Positions 12,901 to 26,282 are shown, counted from the first letter of the whole stretch. The stretch: 63,763 nt of DNA, filler included, from Lenisia limosa (GCA_001655205.1; 10 parts of 10 records of this genome joined end to end with filler, not necessarily neighbours in it); one strand, 5' to 3'. The notes: generated by a model not told the origin, from the letters alone. Program-made: numbers and translations.

Positions 12901-14184
12901 CTGCATGGGCTGCTGATCAACACTCGACGAAGAAGGGAGAAAGCCACATTGATGTTTGGAATGAAAACAAGTGATGAAAGAGTTGAAAGTACCAACGAAG
13001 AGATCCGTCAGTGACAGGGGGGAGTTGCTGCTATCAGGGGTTTAGTAGATTTTGCAGATAAAAAGCGTCAAAAGCGCCTGCAAAGGGTCCTATTAGAAGA
13101 AGCAGTGAAGCAAAGAGTGAGTTGTGGGTGAGATCGGTTAGTGGATCGGCATTACAATTAAAGGCTGTTGCTAACAATAAATTACTTTCATTTATTTTTT
13201 TAAGGCTGAGCTGTGTTGGAGAAGCACCACACACTGCCACACAAAAGATCTGTACAGATCATTCGCGGTTTCCCGGTCCGTCCACAGAATCTGTTGTTTT
13301 CGGTTTACTTTGGTTCACCCTCCTCTATTCCGTTCAATTCCGGTTGAATTCCGGTTTGAAAACGAGTCAGTTTGCGTTAGACCTTCATATTTCTGGGACA
13401 GGAGTTTTGTCTACTTCAATTCTTCTCTCCTAGACTGCCCGTTTTCATCTACATCTACCACAACACAAATAGGGCACATATAAAACGCATTCACCAGAAA
13501 TTCATTTTTTGCGCGCCTTTTCATTATGTGTAGTTTACTCTTGCGTGGCATGGAGAACACAGAATCAGATAAGGAATTCGGGGTGACACTCCTCTAACTC
13601 CGACTCCTAGTTTTTGCTTTGTGGAAATCAGCAGAATACACCAAAGAATATAAAGCTTTTTTCATTTCATCTTGAAAAGAGGAATGCGAGTGATATATAA
13701 AAATGGTGAGTAACACTAAGTAGTAAAGAAATAGAAATAGTATTATGGTTCAATGCTGATGTTGTTGTCACAAGATGTTTCTATGTCTCTTGCTGTATGT
13801 CCAACATGATGTAATAAAATTACACTTTACATGGATTTCGTGGTGTTTATGGCTGTTGATACCTATTTACACATGGTGTTTTTATCAGATTTTATGTTTA
13901 TGTTGTAAGTTTTTTGTTGTTTCATGGTGAGATGAGATGTAAACAAGTCCATCACGCTTATAAGAGATAGTGAAAAATAGTACAAGGATCCTCTAAAACA
14001 AATATTTTTCAACTATTATAATATATCCGTTATAGTATATCGTAATATTGGAATTCAAGTTAAAAAAAGAGATGAAACCAGAGGTTAATGGGGCCTGTAG
14101 GGTGGAAGGACTATCTGACTAAACCAGTCAACAGAATCAAACACATAAAAAAATAAATAAATAAAGAGTAACACCGCACAACGC

Positions 14185-17100
14185 CTAGTGAATATAGCCG
14201 CCGATCTTTCCCATACTGTCTCTCACGAGTCTCTCAGGATCCATCTTGAGGTGGCCCTGAAAGGTCATTTTCAGTTCAGTTCATCTCAGTTCAGTTCATT
14301 ACTAATGATGATTGAAAAGACTGTCCTCCCAAACACTTTTACGCCAAAATTCTTCAAAAATTCCTTCGTGTTACCCCCCCCCCNNNNNNNNNNNNNNNNN
14401 NNNNNNNNNNNNNNNNNNNNNNNNNNNNNNNNNNNNNNNNNNNNNNNNNNNNNNNNNNNNNNNNNNNNNNNNNNNNNNNNNNNNNNNNNNNNNNNACCCC
14501 AAAATTATTCAGAAAATTCCTTCATTCAACCCCCCCCCCACCACCTTATCGGAAATCGGCAGCATTGGAAGGACATGAAGAATCTGATGGCCCCAGAAAG
14601 GGTGACCAATAACAGGGCCTGGGGGGAGGGCGCGTTAAATTAGCAGGATCTTAGATTAGAAATTGTGGAAGGACGTGTAAGAAGACTGAAGATATCCCCA
14701 CCCAAACATAACTATAACAATACAAGATCCCAAAAACAGACTAAATTCCCAATAAAGAACGAACCTATATTTTACCTATATTATATATTTTTTTTACGTA
14801 TATTTTACCTATTTTACCTATTTTATCTATATTTTACCATATTTATCTTACTAATATTCAACCTCATTTTGCCTACATATTATATATACATATATTTGGG
14901 AATCGATACGCTCTGAAAACACCTACCTTCAATTTTGTGGCCAAGAGACGCCACAACCCATTTTCCACAAGGCAATCCGGTCAAAACTGACAAGTCCGTG
15001 CTGAGGACAAAGCTGTACACCGGGCCTTCGTAGTCAACCTAATATGGTAAGTTGTTTGTCTAATATGTTAACCTGAGCAGCCCTCTCCCTATCTCTCCAA
15101 ATACCCCCCCCCCCCCNNNNNNNNNNNNNNNNNNNNNNNNNNNNNNNNNNNNNNNNNNNNNNNNNNNNNNNNNNNNNNNNNNNNNNNNNNNNNNNNNNNN
15201 NNNNNNNCCGCAAAGACGGGGTGCCAGGCAGTGACGATTACGCCATCGCCGACGTCTACGCAACTACTGCGCGTGCGTGATTTGACCACGTGCGTCACCG
15301 TGAGGTCATTGGAGAGAAGTTGACCGGCCCTGACCTATGAGGTGAGCGATGGAACGTTGCTGGAAGGAAATAAGCAGGAGGAAGACTGAAATAGCACATT
15401 GCTCTGTACCCCCCACACATCCAACATTATATCCTAAAAAATACCCTCTCTGCACAAACACTATTCCCTCTCCCACTTCACTGGCGGGCATGCGGCCAGA
15501 CACGGTGNNNNNNNNNNNNNNNNNNNNNNNNNNNNNNNNNNNNNNNNNNNNNNNNNNNNNNNNNNNNNNNNNNNNNNNNNNNNNNNNNNNNNNNNNNNNN
15601 NNNNNNNNNNNNNNNNNNATAAGTACATAAATGGACCTATTTCTTTAGGATAAAAAAAGATCCTATTATCAAGATAAATGATACAAAAATGGTCTTATTG
15701 TCTTGATTAGTTAATAAGTACATAATAGCACAAAAATGGACCCATTTTCTAAATAAGTCCAGAAAAACTACATTATACATAAAGCAAAGAAATAGCCCTT
15801 TATTATAGATTAGTTCAGAATAAGTCCATCCTCTCACCGATCATTCCAAGTAGACGACAGGGTCGGTCCAACTGTACGTCTAATGCGGGGCTGGGGTTGG
15901 CTTTCGCGCGCTCTTGCGCCACCGCAAACAGACTTCATCATTCGCTTGGGGTGTTGGGGTCTAACCCTGAAACATTGTTAACACGTTCATTATTACGTTG
16001 TTTATTGTTAAACATCGTAGATATATATCATTCGCTCTGTCGCAGCAGCATGTTCTTTGTGTATCCTTATGTATTTATTTATTTCCCAAGTCCCCCCCCC
16101 CCNNNNNNNNNNNNNNNNNNNNNNNNNNNNNNNNNNNNNNNNNNNNNNNNNNNNNNNNNNNNNNNNNNNNNNNNNNNGTGGTGAGTAAATAAGTAGTGAA
16201 AGGCCAATCGCATCCCCAAGAAGAAAGAAGCTGAGGGGAAACACTATATTGACAAAAGTTGAAATTTAAGTCAATATGTCTCACTTGAAAGTAAGTCCCT
16301 TATCTCCCCCTCTATAACAATTACGGCTTCACTTCGTTTCGAAAAAGACCGGTAAAATATCGATAGTTTTCGAGAATTTATAGAGATATTCAGTCTTTTT
16401 TCGAACCGAAGTGAAGCGCAAGAAGCAACACAATAACCCACCACAACCCCCCACCTCCATTGCGGGAAGGCCATTGAAAAGCCCCTCAGTTGCCGTGACT
16501 TCCTGGACCATTTCCTCAAGACTCGCATAGAGCTGCAGCGACTTATCGAGGAAATTTGTGGTCTTTTCAGCAAGGTGTCCCGACGCGAAGTGGTAGTAAT
16601 AGGCCTCCATCCAACAGTCGAAGTGCTCGTCTTTCGTGACAGCCAGGAGGATCTCGCCGGTCAGGTCGTTGTACAGCGTTTGGCATTCTGAACGAAAGGG
16701 AGGGCGGGTTAACAGGTTTGTTAACTAGAGAAAGAGAAAGTGGATGAAAGAAGGAAAAAAGAGAAGGAAAAAGAAGGAGAAGAGAGAGCATATAAGAGCA
16801 ACTTTCCAGGAATCTGAAGAATTAATATTTTTAAGAAATTAATTGACAAAATTTGAAATTAAAAAGTGTCTGAAATTGAGTTAATATTTAAACATGATTC
16901 ACAAATTATTGCAAGGAGTCACTCATTTCCCACTTATTAGCAGGAGGGAAAAGAAAAGAGAGAAAGGAGAGAAAGGAGAGAAAGGAGAGAAAGGAGAGAA
17001 AGGAGAGAAAGGAGAGAAAAGAGGGAAAAGAAAGAAAAGAGAGAAAAGAGAGAAAAGAGAGAAAAGAGAGAAAAGAGAGAAAAGAGAGAAAAGAAAGAAA

Positions 17101-18711
17101 AGGAGAGAAGAGAGACTTAGAGAAAAGCGAGAGAGCAAGCAACCCCACTTCGCACTTTCATTATCAGCAGGAGGGTCGTTGACAATGAACTTCCTCAGGT
17201 TTTCTAGCGTTTTCTCCCTGCCGAAGACCTGGTGTTTTTCTACGAGTTGTTCGACCTTGTTGACGGCCTCGGCTCTATAGTGGGCACTGGAGAAAGGGGT
17301 AAACGAAGGAAATTTCGATATTTGCGTAAAATTGAAAAAATCAGGGGGGGGGGGGGANNNNNNNNNNNNNNNNNNNNNNNNNNNNNNNNNNNNNNNNNNN
17401 NNNNNNNNNNNNNNNNNNNNNNNNNNNNNNNNNNNNNNNNNNNNNNNNCCAGGCCAGTCGCTTCTGCAGCACATTATCAAGAAATTCAATCTTTTTAGGG
17501 ACCAAAGGGAAGCCCTAACTATTACAACAATGATCCACCCCACAAGGTAGCCTCGGAAGAGAGGTCTTCGACAACAGGATTCAGATTCAGGTTAATGCGC
17601 TGAAACAATCAATAACCCAGAATAAACATGAAATAATTCAGAATAAACATGGAAACATAAATAACCCAGAATAAACATGAAATAATTCAGAATGAACATG
17701 AAAATAATCAATAATCCAGACTAAACATGGAAATAACCCTGACTAAACAGTCCACATAATCCAATTTAAAAGAATATGTTTTTAGCAATATAGTGAAACA
17801 ATCAATGCACCAGAACAACAAATTAGAGACATTACGTTAGTATTAAAGAAATAACATTGTTTATGACATCCCAATGTTAATTTGTTTGCATAGATTTCTA
17901 ATGTAGTACATTAATATAGTATGAATATAATGTATATGTATGATAAATACTAATACCCCATACCAGCTGCCCTCTCTGGAGAATGATAGAAGACTCAGCT
18001 AGGGGCTTTTGCAGAACGACACGCCGGGTTTGGTGGTAGAGCAAGGTGGATTCTGGCTTGTCGTTGATTATGAGCTTTCCTAAAATATGAGTAAAATAGA
18101 TGGGTTAGTGATTACAGGGTTATAATATGTGGTGAAGAAAAATAAACATATATTACGCCGATGCCATGATAAATAATGCATACAATGAGAAATAAAAAAC
18201 AAGGTTGTATCTGGCATGCAGGTTATGAATATAGCAATGAGAAATGAAAAACAAGGTTGTATCAGGCATGCAGGTTAACTACCCAATAGTGGGCGCGACG
18301 GCATGGTAATTTGTTGATGGTATCCTTATGTATTTATTTCCCTGGATTTCTAATGTATATTATTTCTCTTTTTCAAAAAACCCTCCCCCCACCCGCGGCC
18401 ATAATGCAGGTGGTGAAGACGTTGACAAAGACGGGACAGAGGTTCATTGCACACGGGATGAAGGCAAACACTCCGCCTGAGAGGGGGGGGGGGTGAAATT
18501 GAAAAATGTATGAAACAAAAGCCCAAAATCAACTCTGTTGGCTGAGAACACACAAGAACAACAAAACAAACAAAACCCACACCAATCTATGAAATGTTGA
18601 GTTTGTAGTATAATATAGCCCCATACCGCCATGCCTCGATATAGCGAAGAGTTCAGGACTCACAACGTTCTCAGTAAAGCCCACAGTGTGTACCACTGTG
18701 GGCTTTACTGA
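14185..18711 (-). CDS. VWA-Vwaint-Vint (Hint-domain) protein, N-terminus truncated by contig end
   Basis: VWA end VHTVGFTENVVSPELFAISRHG|GGVFAFIPCAMNLCPVFVNVF. Vwaint region DLTGEILLAVTKDEHFDCWMEAYYYHFASGHLAEKTTNFLDKSLQLY...LFNGLPAM. Vint region VRAGQLLSNDLTVTHVVKSRT...IVTAWHPVF...VYSFVLSTD...VASLGHKIE|GPVIGHPFWG...LVRDSMGKIGGYIH*. Three small exons fall in N gaps. Confidence 0.85.
16940..17110. repeat. Intronic 9-nt purine/pyrimidine minisatellite, (GAGAAAGGA)n grading into (GAGAAAAGA)n
   Basis: Tandem units are read directly from the sequence; the array lies inside an intron of the VWA-Vint gene. Confidence 0.9.
17605..17760. repeat. Degenerate tandem repeat (AATAACCCAGAATAAACATGAAATAATTCAG-like, about 3-4 units)
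   Basis: Repeated units are visible in an intron of the VWA-Vint gene. Confidence 0.8.
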
Positions 18712-18817
18712 NNNNNNNNNNNNNNNNNNNNNNNNNNNNNNNNNNNNNNNNNNNNTTAATTAATTAANNNNNNNNNNNNNNNNNNNNNNNNNNNNNNNNN
18801 NNNNNNNNNNNTACCAA

Positions 18818-19661
18818 TCATGAACCAAATAATCTGAAACTCCAATTAAGCAAAAAAAAAAGCAATAACAAACACGGCAGATGACAAAAACACAAAAACA
18901 AGAATCTAGGGAGTAAAGTTGGAAAATTTATGAAACCAAAAAGCCGAAATCAAATGGGGGGTGGAGTAAGATATGTTGTATAAAGAGTTAGAGGAAGACG
19001 GGAGAGAGGGTGTGATTATAAGGGATATTGGTGATAGTATCTGGCCGAAGCCTATATTTATATAACTTTTATCATATTAATAAATATGGCTTTTTCCATT
19101 CAAAAAATATGGCATTGCTTTCACCATATTTTACTTTTTGATGCTGTCCAGCCAGAAGCTAATACTACACAATATGCCAAACACTTGTTGGGTCACACAT
19201 GTGTGAATTATCATATTCCATGCAGTGGTTTGAAACACGCCATACACCCATATAGTAAAAAATGATCTCAAATACACCCGTGATTTGTCTTCGTTCATGA
19301 TTTCGACACGAAAGTCGGTAATGTTCATATTCCTAGGGAGTGTATATGGTGCAAATATCACAAATAGAAATCAAACAAAAGTCAACCACAATGCAAACAG
19401 CAAGTAACGGTCACCTCTCTACGAGAAAACGTGAAGTAAGAAAGAGGGTAACCAGTTGAAGCCATCAAAACCATCACGTTTATAAGAGATATTGATTACA
19501 GCATAATACTACACCCTTCAAACGTTGTGCACACAGCTTTCAGCATTCCTGATTCAACGTCACCCCTATCACCACCCACATTTCTCAGAATGTTTGGACT
19601 TGACAAACTTCCCGGAAGGAAGCTTGATGGGGAGCCCCTTGGACTTGGGTTTTGGGGGCAT
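18818..19661 (-). CDS. Small basic protein with a predicted C-terminal TM tail, unknown function
   Basis: MPPKPKSKGLPIKLPSGKFVKSKHSEK..|NMNITDFRVEIMNEDKSR|LLAGQHQK|ILVFVFLSSAVCLLLLFFLLNWSFRLFGS*. It is divergent from the CBS gene and about 410 bp away. Confidence 0.45.
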
Positions 19662-20072
19662 GGTGGGTGTGATCACAAGACGAAACGGCTGTCTGCTTGA
19701 AGAGTCCCTCTTCGAGCTCTTTCTTCCTTCTAATTACGTCTATAGATCTACAAGCTTATAATGAGTCTGAAAGGCTGAGAGGGGGAAAGAAAAGAAGCTA
19801 AAAGCGGCGCGCAACGCGATTTTCAAAAAATGGCGTGTTTTCATTTTTGTTCGGGAAAAACAGGAAAAGCCGCGAAAACGTTAACCAGAACCGATTAATT
19901 CAATCATTTCATTTATATCAATCAATCAAAAATAAATTAGAGACAACAGGAACATTGCTGAGTTTACTTGGTAAGCCACTAAGTCAAGCCACACTTGACC
20001 AATCTGTAGACAGAAATAGAGTTAACTACATAATTGTGTTATTGTGCAACTAACAAATAAGAAGAAGCCACC

Positions 20073-23000
20073 ATGAAAGCGGGCGAAATCGAGGTCTGAG
20101 CCCTTTCTTGTCCTTCTCTGGCAACTCTTTCAGTGCCATTTGATGGATTTTTGGCTCGCCTCTTTTGTCCGATCCGCTTTTACCACTTTCCTTTTTCACC
20201 CCCTCACTTCACAGGTCAACCCTGAGAGAAAAGATCTTCTTCGTTCGATCCCTTCAGACACCTCCCCCCGCAAGAAGCTCAGAAATGGTCAGTAGCTGGA
20301 ATCACATTGGGAAATCTTCTTCCTTTTCCATTTTTATGAATTCAACTATCATGGCCCGTCCATGTTTTTTTGGGGGGGGGGGGTTNNNNNNNNNNNNNNN
20401 NNNNNNNNNNNNNNNNNNNNNNNNNNNNNNNNNNNNNNNNNNNNNNNNNNNNNNNNNNNNNNNNNNNNNNNNNNNNNNNNNNNNNGAAGAGCTTTGTTTC
20501 CAGTTGGTTTGTTTTTTGGATCGTATATGGATGTGGTGGGAAAAGTGAATTTCTCGCTAAATTTTCAAAAACATTTATATTTTAACGGAATTTTTTCAGA
20601 CTGGATTGGATTCCTAGTTTATTGTCTGTCAAATTACACGGGGATAATGTCTTTCCAGTTGCGGTGTATGGTAAATCCGCACAATTATTTGAGAAATTCT
20701 CTTTTTTAAAAACAATCACACGCTGTCCTGATGACAGTATTTGAGCCTTTATCACACCATAATATGGGTAAATTTGCGAAAAAGTTGAGCCGATAAAATA
20801 GCCTTGCTTCATGGATGAAATTATAACATGTATTATATGCTTATATTTCAAAAGATATTTCTATTGTAGCCCTGTTTCATTTATTTGTTTCCCCATGTTT
20901 TTTATCTACAAGATTATTTCTCTTGTTCCATAATTTTCGCTTTAGACGTGCCCTCCGCCCTCCTTCCCGGCCACAAGACCAGGTCCGGCGGCGGAACCCG
21001 AACCATGCTGTCTGGTATCAAATTTGGTGAGGTGTTTTGGGATTTTGGGATTCTTTGGGAGGGGTTGTACCTATTTTCTGGAATTAAATGGAGGGGGGAT
21101 GACTCTCCTAAAACCTGGTAGAGTATTGGCATGCTCTTACTTCTTAAACCTGCTGGAGTATTGGCATGCTCTTACTTCTTAATTGTCATTCTTTTACTCN
21201 NNNNNNNNNNNNNNNNNNNNNNNNNNNNNNNNNNNNNNNNNNNNNNNNNNNNNNNNNNNNNNNNNNNNNNNNNNNNNNNNNNNNNNNNNNNNNNNNNNNN
21301 NNNNNNNNNNNNNNNNNNNNNNNNNNNNNNNNNNNNNNNNNNNNNNNNNNNNNNNNNNNNNAACCTTGTGAGTTGTCAGCCAACAGAGTTGATTTGGGTT
21401 TTTGGTTTCATAAATTTTCCAATTTACTCCCTTTAGGGCAGTAGAAGACAACCACGGGCACAACCACGGCTTGTTGGACTGCTGCGACTTGGTGGCTCAC
21501 CTCTGCAAAATCGCCAAAGAAGCTAGTATCGGCGATAACAAGTATGTGGGGGTATAGGCTTATGTGGGGGGGGGGTATAGCAAGGGATTCACTTCGGGTA
21601 CAAAAATACTGGAAATATCTATAGTTATCGAGAATTTATCGAATAATCCAGTCATCTTTCGAACCTTATAAGGTTTCTGTTAATAAGTTGTCTTTGGGGA
21701 GGTGTATAAGGTTTCAGATAATAAGCTCTTGAAATAGTAATTACTTCGCCCAGTCATTTGTAGAGCTTCACTTCTGGTACTGAAATATTGAAACAATATC
21801 GATGTTTATTTATCGAGAATTCAGTCTTTTGGAACCGAAAGTGAAGCTCGTCAGTTGCCCGTTTGGGTTGGTAACATTATTCAGGTGCCACAAGGAAGAC
21901 ATTCAAGACGCTTTTGACCGAAGATTCTTCAACACCGAGGTCAAGTTTGTCAAAGGTTGGAATGGTTTTTGGTTGAATTATTTTTAGCTTGTATTGTGTT
22001 TTTGAATTATTTTCAAGTTTTGGTTTGTCAAAGCATGGATGTCAGCCAACAGAGTTGATCTTGGGCTTTTTTTTCATTTCATAATTATCCTAATTTAACT
22101 TTCCCCCAGACATTGCCCGGGATTCGTTTTTGTGTCTTAAGGCGGACTCAAACCAGGCTGCCCTCCTCGACCTTGCCACGGTTCTCAGAATCGGCCTTCA
22201 TAGTGGGAGGGGGGGGGCTTCACTTCGGTTCAAAAAAAAAGACTGAAATTCTCGATAAATCCCCGAAATTTTTCAATATTTTACCGTATTTTTTGAACCG
22301 AAGGGAAGTACTGGGGGGTCTAGATATGTGGTGCGCTGTATTGCTATTATTCGCTTAGACCAATTTTAACCCCCTAGACGTGGGCTTTGTTTGTCAACCT
22401 TTGTGTGTTGTCAGCCAGCAGAGTTCATTTGGGTTTTTTTTTTGTTTCATAAATTTTCCAATTTTAACCCTCTAGATGTGGCCGTTCTGACCGAAGACGG
22501 GTCCAAATTCAGGGCTATTGTCTCTCAAGCTGCTGTGGTCAAACAAATCAAGCACCACGTATGCGTTATTACAAATTATTTGAAAATTGCTCCTCTTTTT
22601 TTTTTAAAATGTTCCTCAGAAGTGTTATTTACATTTATGTTTCTCTTTCTTTTGTATATTTCCTTAAAATGGGTGAGGCAAATCAAGCATAATGTCTGGT
22701 TGTGGTCAAATTAAATATAATGTTATATAAATTAATCAAACATAGGTTTCTTTTAGCCAAATTAAACATCAAATACCCCAGGCAACCGCATTGATTTTGG
22801 GCTTTTTTTCTTGTATATTGTTTCCATTTTCACCCCCCCCCCGCAGAGTGCCCTCATGAGGCCTGACAACCCCATGCTAGTTGACTTAGAACCCGAGGAA
22901 TATGGTCATGTTGAAACCGTGCCTCCCACTATCACGATTTTGGATGCCTTCTTTCAGATGAACGCCAGTGGTGCGGGGGAGTGGGGATATTGTAATATGT

Positions 23001-23398
23001 TCTGTTTATTACATTTCGATATCATATATATCATATAGTATGTGTTAGACACCGATCCCCCTCCCCTTCATCACATTTGTTGCTCGTGATTGTTATTTCT
23101 TGGGATTTTTTTTGTCTTTCAGATTATTTAGTTCAAATAGTACCTCTATTTCATCATCAAAAGCCGCCCCCCCCCCNNNNNNNNNNNNNNNNNNNNNNNN
23201 NNNNNNNNNNNNNNNNNNNNNNNNNNNNNNNNNNNNCTTCGAAGCCTCCTCCATACTGGTGGGGGTACCTGCTGTCAGTACTATAATGTATTAACATACG
23301 ATTTTAGTGTGACCAAATTTACAAATGCTTTTTTACTCCTTCCAGCACATGAAGTCCTCGATGCTCTTCAAAACCCTCTCGCATCTGGTGCCTCTCAA
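20073..23398 (+). CDS. CBS-domain protein (AMPK-gamma/SDS23-like), C-terminus unresolved
   Basis: Phase-consistent exons giving GLLDCCDLVAHL, LATVLRIGLH|NVAVLTEDGSKFRAIVSQAAVVKQI, VETVPPTITILDAFFQMNAS and FEASSIL, which are typical CBS repeat motifs. Two exons lie in N gaps. Confidence 0.7.
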
Positions 23399-23704
23399 CG
23401 TAGGGGGTGGGGCTTCAATTTGGTCCGAAAAAAGACTGAATTTCTCGATAAATTCTCGACAACTATCGATATTTTAAAGAATCGAAATGAAGCCTTTGTG
23501 GGGGAGGTCATAATTGCAATTCATATTTTGAGTGGGGTAATACTACAACGATTAATTTGCACTATCGCATTTTGGTTGCATTCCAAGATTTTTTTTTCAT
23601 GTAAGTTTATTTTTGTTTCTAAAAACTGTGCGTGTTTTTATTTTGATGTTTACTGAAATGAGTATGGGGCCACAGTCTCAATAGACAGGAAATATTGATA
23701 TTTA

Positions 23705-26110
23705 TTGAGGATTGGTCCAGTCTTTATGAAACCCTATTGATGATGATCCTAACCACTTAGGGCACACCCCCGCATGAGGTCATTTCTACTTCGCCCACCT
23801 TTGAGATCGATACGCCTATCGTGGGTACTGGAAATAAGCAGTGTAATCATATCTTGTCGTTAATAATACGCTGCAGTGTAATCATATCATGTCGTTAATA
23901 CGCTGCAGTGTAATCATACCATAAGCTGTGCTCTTGACAGTCATATCATAAGCTGTGCTTGACACATAAGCTGTGCTCTTGACGGATACGCCTATCGTGG
24001 TTAGGAAATAAGATTCAGAGGCATATTTATTAGTGTTAAAGCCTCTTAGATACGTTTGTAATCCCTTCAGAAAGTCCTTGAGCTCATTGATGAAGCCATC
24101 AGAGAGAGTAGGATTGGCTAATCATTACCTTGTCCACTACTGATAAAGCATTCCATTGTTTATCCTCACTTGTATTATTTTGAGCCAAAACAAGCCTCAG
24201 AACCATTCCATTCCATATAAGGCAAGTATGACACCACAGAGTCGCACCGCCTGTACATTGTCCACAAGAAGAAGGACATGCTACCGGCTTCTCTCAAGGT
24301 GCGACCCCCTTTAGACATACAGAGACCAGGAAAAGTCTTGACCGATTTTCCTTGGGAAATCATATTGCAAATCGGTCAAGACTCTCCCAGTCACCGTATA
24401 TCACATGGTTTATAGTATTCTATATGGTCATTTAAAATTGTGATGTTGCGATGGACACATATTATAACAGTTGAGGACAAGCAACCATACAAAATGTTGG
24501 AGCTCTATATTTCCAACACTTTCAGTCAGTATTCACATTGACCGATGTTCTGAGCACACTGGTCTCGCCCGCTGGCAAAGACACATTCAAAAGAGTTTTC
24601 TCCTTCAGTGAGCTCTAGACTGAACCCCTTAAAACCGTGTTTAATTGTATTTAATCCCTTATTTAATAGATGTTTTTTGACTTGAAGAAGCAGGTATCTG
24701 GAGTAAGTGGGTTAGTGCAATCATCGAAAAAGTAAATTATAAAATTTTAAGTGGGATACGGGAACCCTATTCCAGACACTTTGATTTCTAATTTTGTCAA
24801 TTTCCTCAAAAAATTAATGACACGGAGCCGAAGTTATAATATATTCAGGAGAAATCCAAAGCAATAGCAATACGAACTTGGAAGGCACCTCAATGTAGCT
24901 AACATACATGTTCATATTATACATCATGACAGCATCAATACCGCCCAATATTAACCTTGATAGTTGTGAATAGGTCTGTAGTTTATCTTTGTGTTTTGGA
25001 GTTGTTTTTTGAAAACAATCATTTTGCAAATTCTCCATTAAGACAAGCTGGAAATTGACATTGCGTGTTTCAATTTGCCCAAAGGAGATCGTAAATGTTT
25101 GGTGAATTGGAGAAAAATAAGCATTAATTGTGCATAAATTTTGAAGCGATGGACAACACATTGAATTAAATTAAACAGAGTGACGCATCTTCATGATATG
25201 GTCATTGATCCAAGATCTAAAAAGATTAAACCTTTTCGTGGAAATAGTTTGCACAGTGCCCAAATACTGCAAAACAATACTGTGAAAATGCCCCTTGATT
25301 GTATTCCACATATTCCCCCCTCTCCTTCCACCCCTGATACCCCCCTAACCGGAAGTGTCGAACATCATCGTTACTGACATCTTCCCTCCCAGTCTGTAAG
25401 CAAGTTACAAACTGCATAATAATAATGTTTTACTTGATATAAAACTTTATTTTGCGTAAAATCACATAACTTATCCATAACTTATCCCAATAACTCACGG
25501 AAGTATCATCGCGTTTGGCTTTGATTTTCTCCCAAAAATGAACTTCATCACTAACGGCTTCGATTTCCTGTAGTAATAAGCACTCGAAATCAGATTTTTG
25601 ATTTTTGTATAAGCACCAGAATCAGATTATGTATCGTGATAATAAGGGCTATTTACTGTTGGGAGAAGCACTTACGAAATCATATTATGATAAACCTTTA
25701 CGTCTCACCTTACCTGAGACTATCAAAAGTCTGGCATACAGTGTAACAGATGTAAGATGTGATATAGGGTAACACATACTTGCAACTTTAGTATTCATCT
25801 AAACTTGAATTCTTAGAAGGGGAAACCCATCATACCGAAGGGGTACAGATATGGGCGTGGCAATTAACCATGTCACACGTGTCATTACTGAATCTGAAAT
25901 ACCATCAAATTGAATGTGGTATTTTATCAACATATCAACTTGGATGGCTTGGGAGTTATTGATTGAGTTGGTACATTGGCAACATATAAAAAAAAATAGT
26001 GTATTAACATAAATTGATGTCAGTGTTTTCAATCAGTGATCTGAAGAATGCTCTGCACTTACTGTGACATTGCAGTGACAATATCCATGGAAGTGTGGGG
26101 ATTTGAGACC
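23705..26110 (-). CDS. Probable multi-exon gene fragment, unknown function
   Basis: Exon-like pieces LELTEGENSFECVFASGRDQCAQNI and NPTLSDGFINELKDFLKGLQT|IIINRFHKDWTNPQ*. Upstream joins are unresolved. Confidence 0.35.
24320..24396. mobile_element. Tiny TA-flanked MITE (Tc1/mariner-like CAG..CTG termini)
   Basis: Inverted ends CAGAGACCAGGAAAAGTCTTGACCGATT / AATCGGTCAAGACTCTCCCAGTCACCG flanked by TA. Related copies at ~27982-28041 and ~52860-52922. Confidence 0.6.
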
Positions 26111-26282
26111 TGTAAGATTTAGTGCAGAGANNNNNNNNNNNNNNNNNNNNNNNNNNNNNNNNNNNNNNNNNNNNTTAATTAATTAANNNNNNNNNNNNNN
26201 NNNNNNNNNNNNNNNNNNNNNNNNNNNNNNGCCCCCCCCCCCCCTTTATTCTTCTTTGAAATTTCCTTTATTTTACACTCAG

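Noticed and set aside
16894-17280. ORFs with (EKG)n/(EKR)n or (FSP)n/(LSF)n repeats as collagen-like or structural proteins
   Set aside because: These are translations of a stop-free 9-nt minisatellite inside an intron of the VWA-Vint gene.
23809-24012. CRISPR array
   Set aside because: The units are adjacent with no unique equal-length spacers, there are no cas genes, and the context is a eukaryotic intron.
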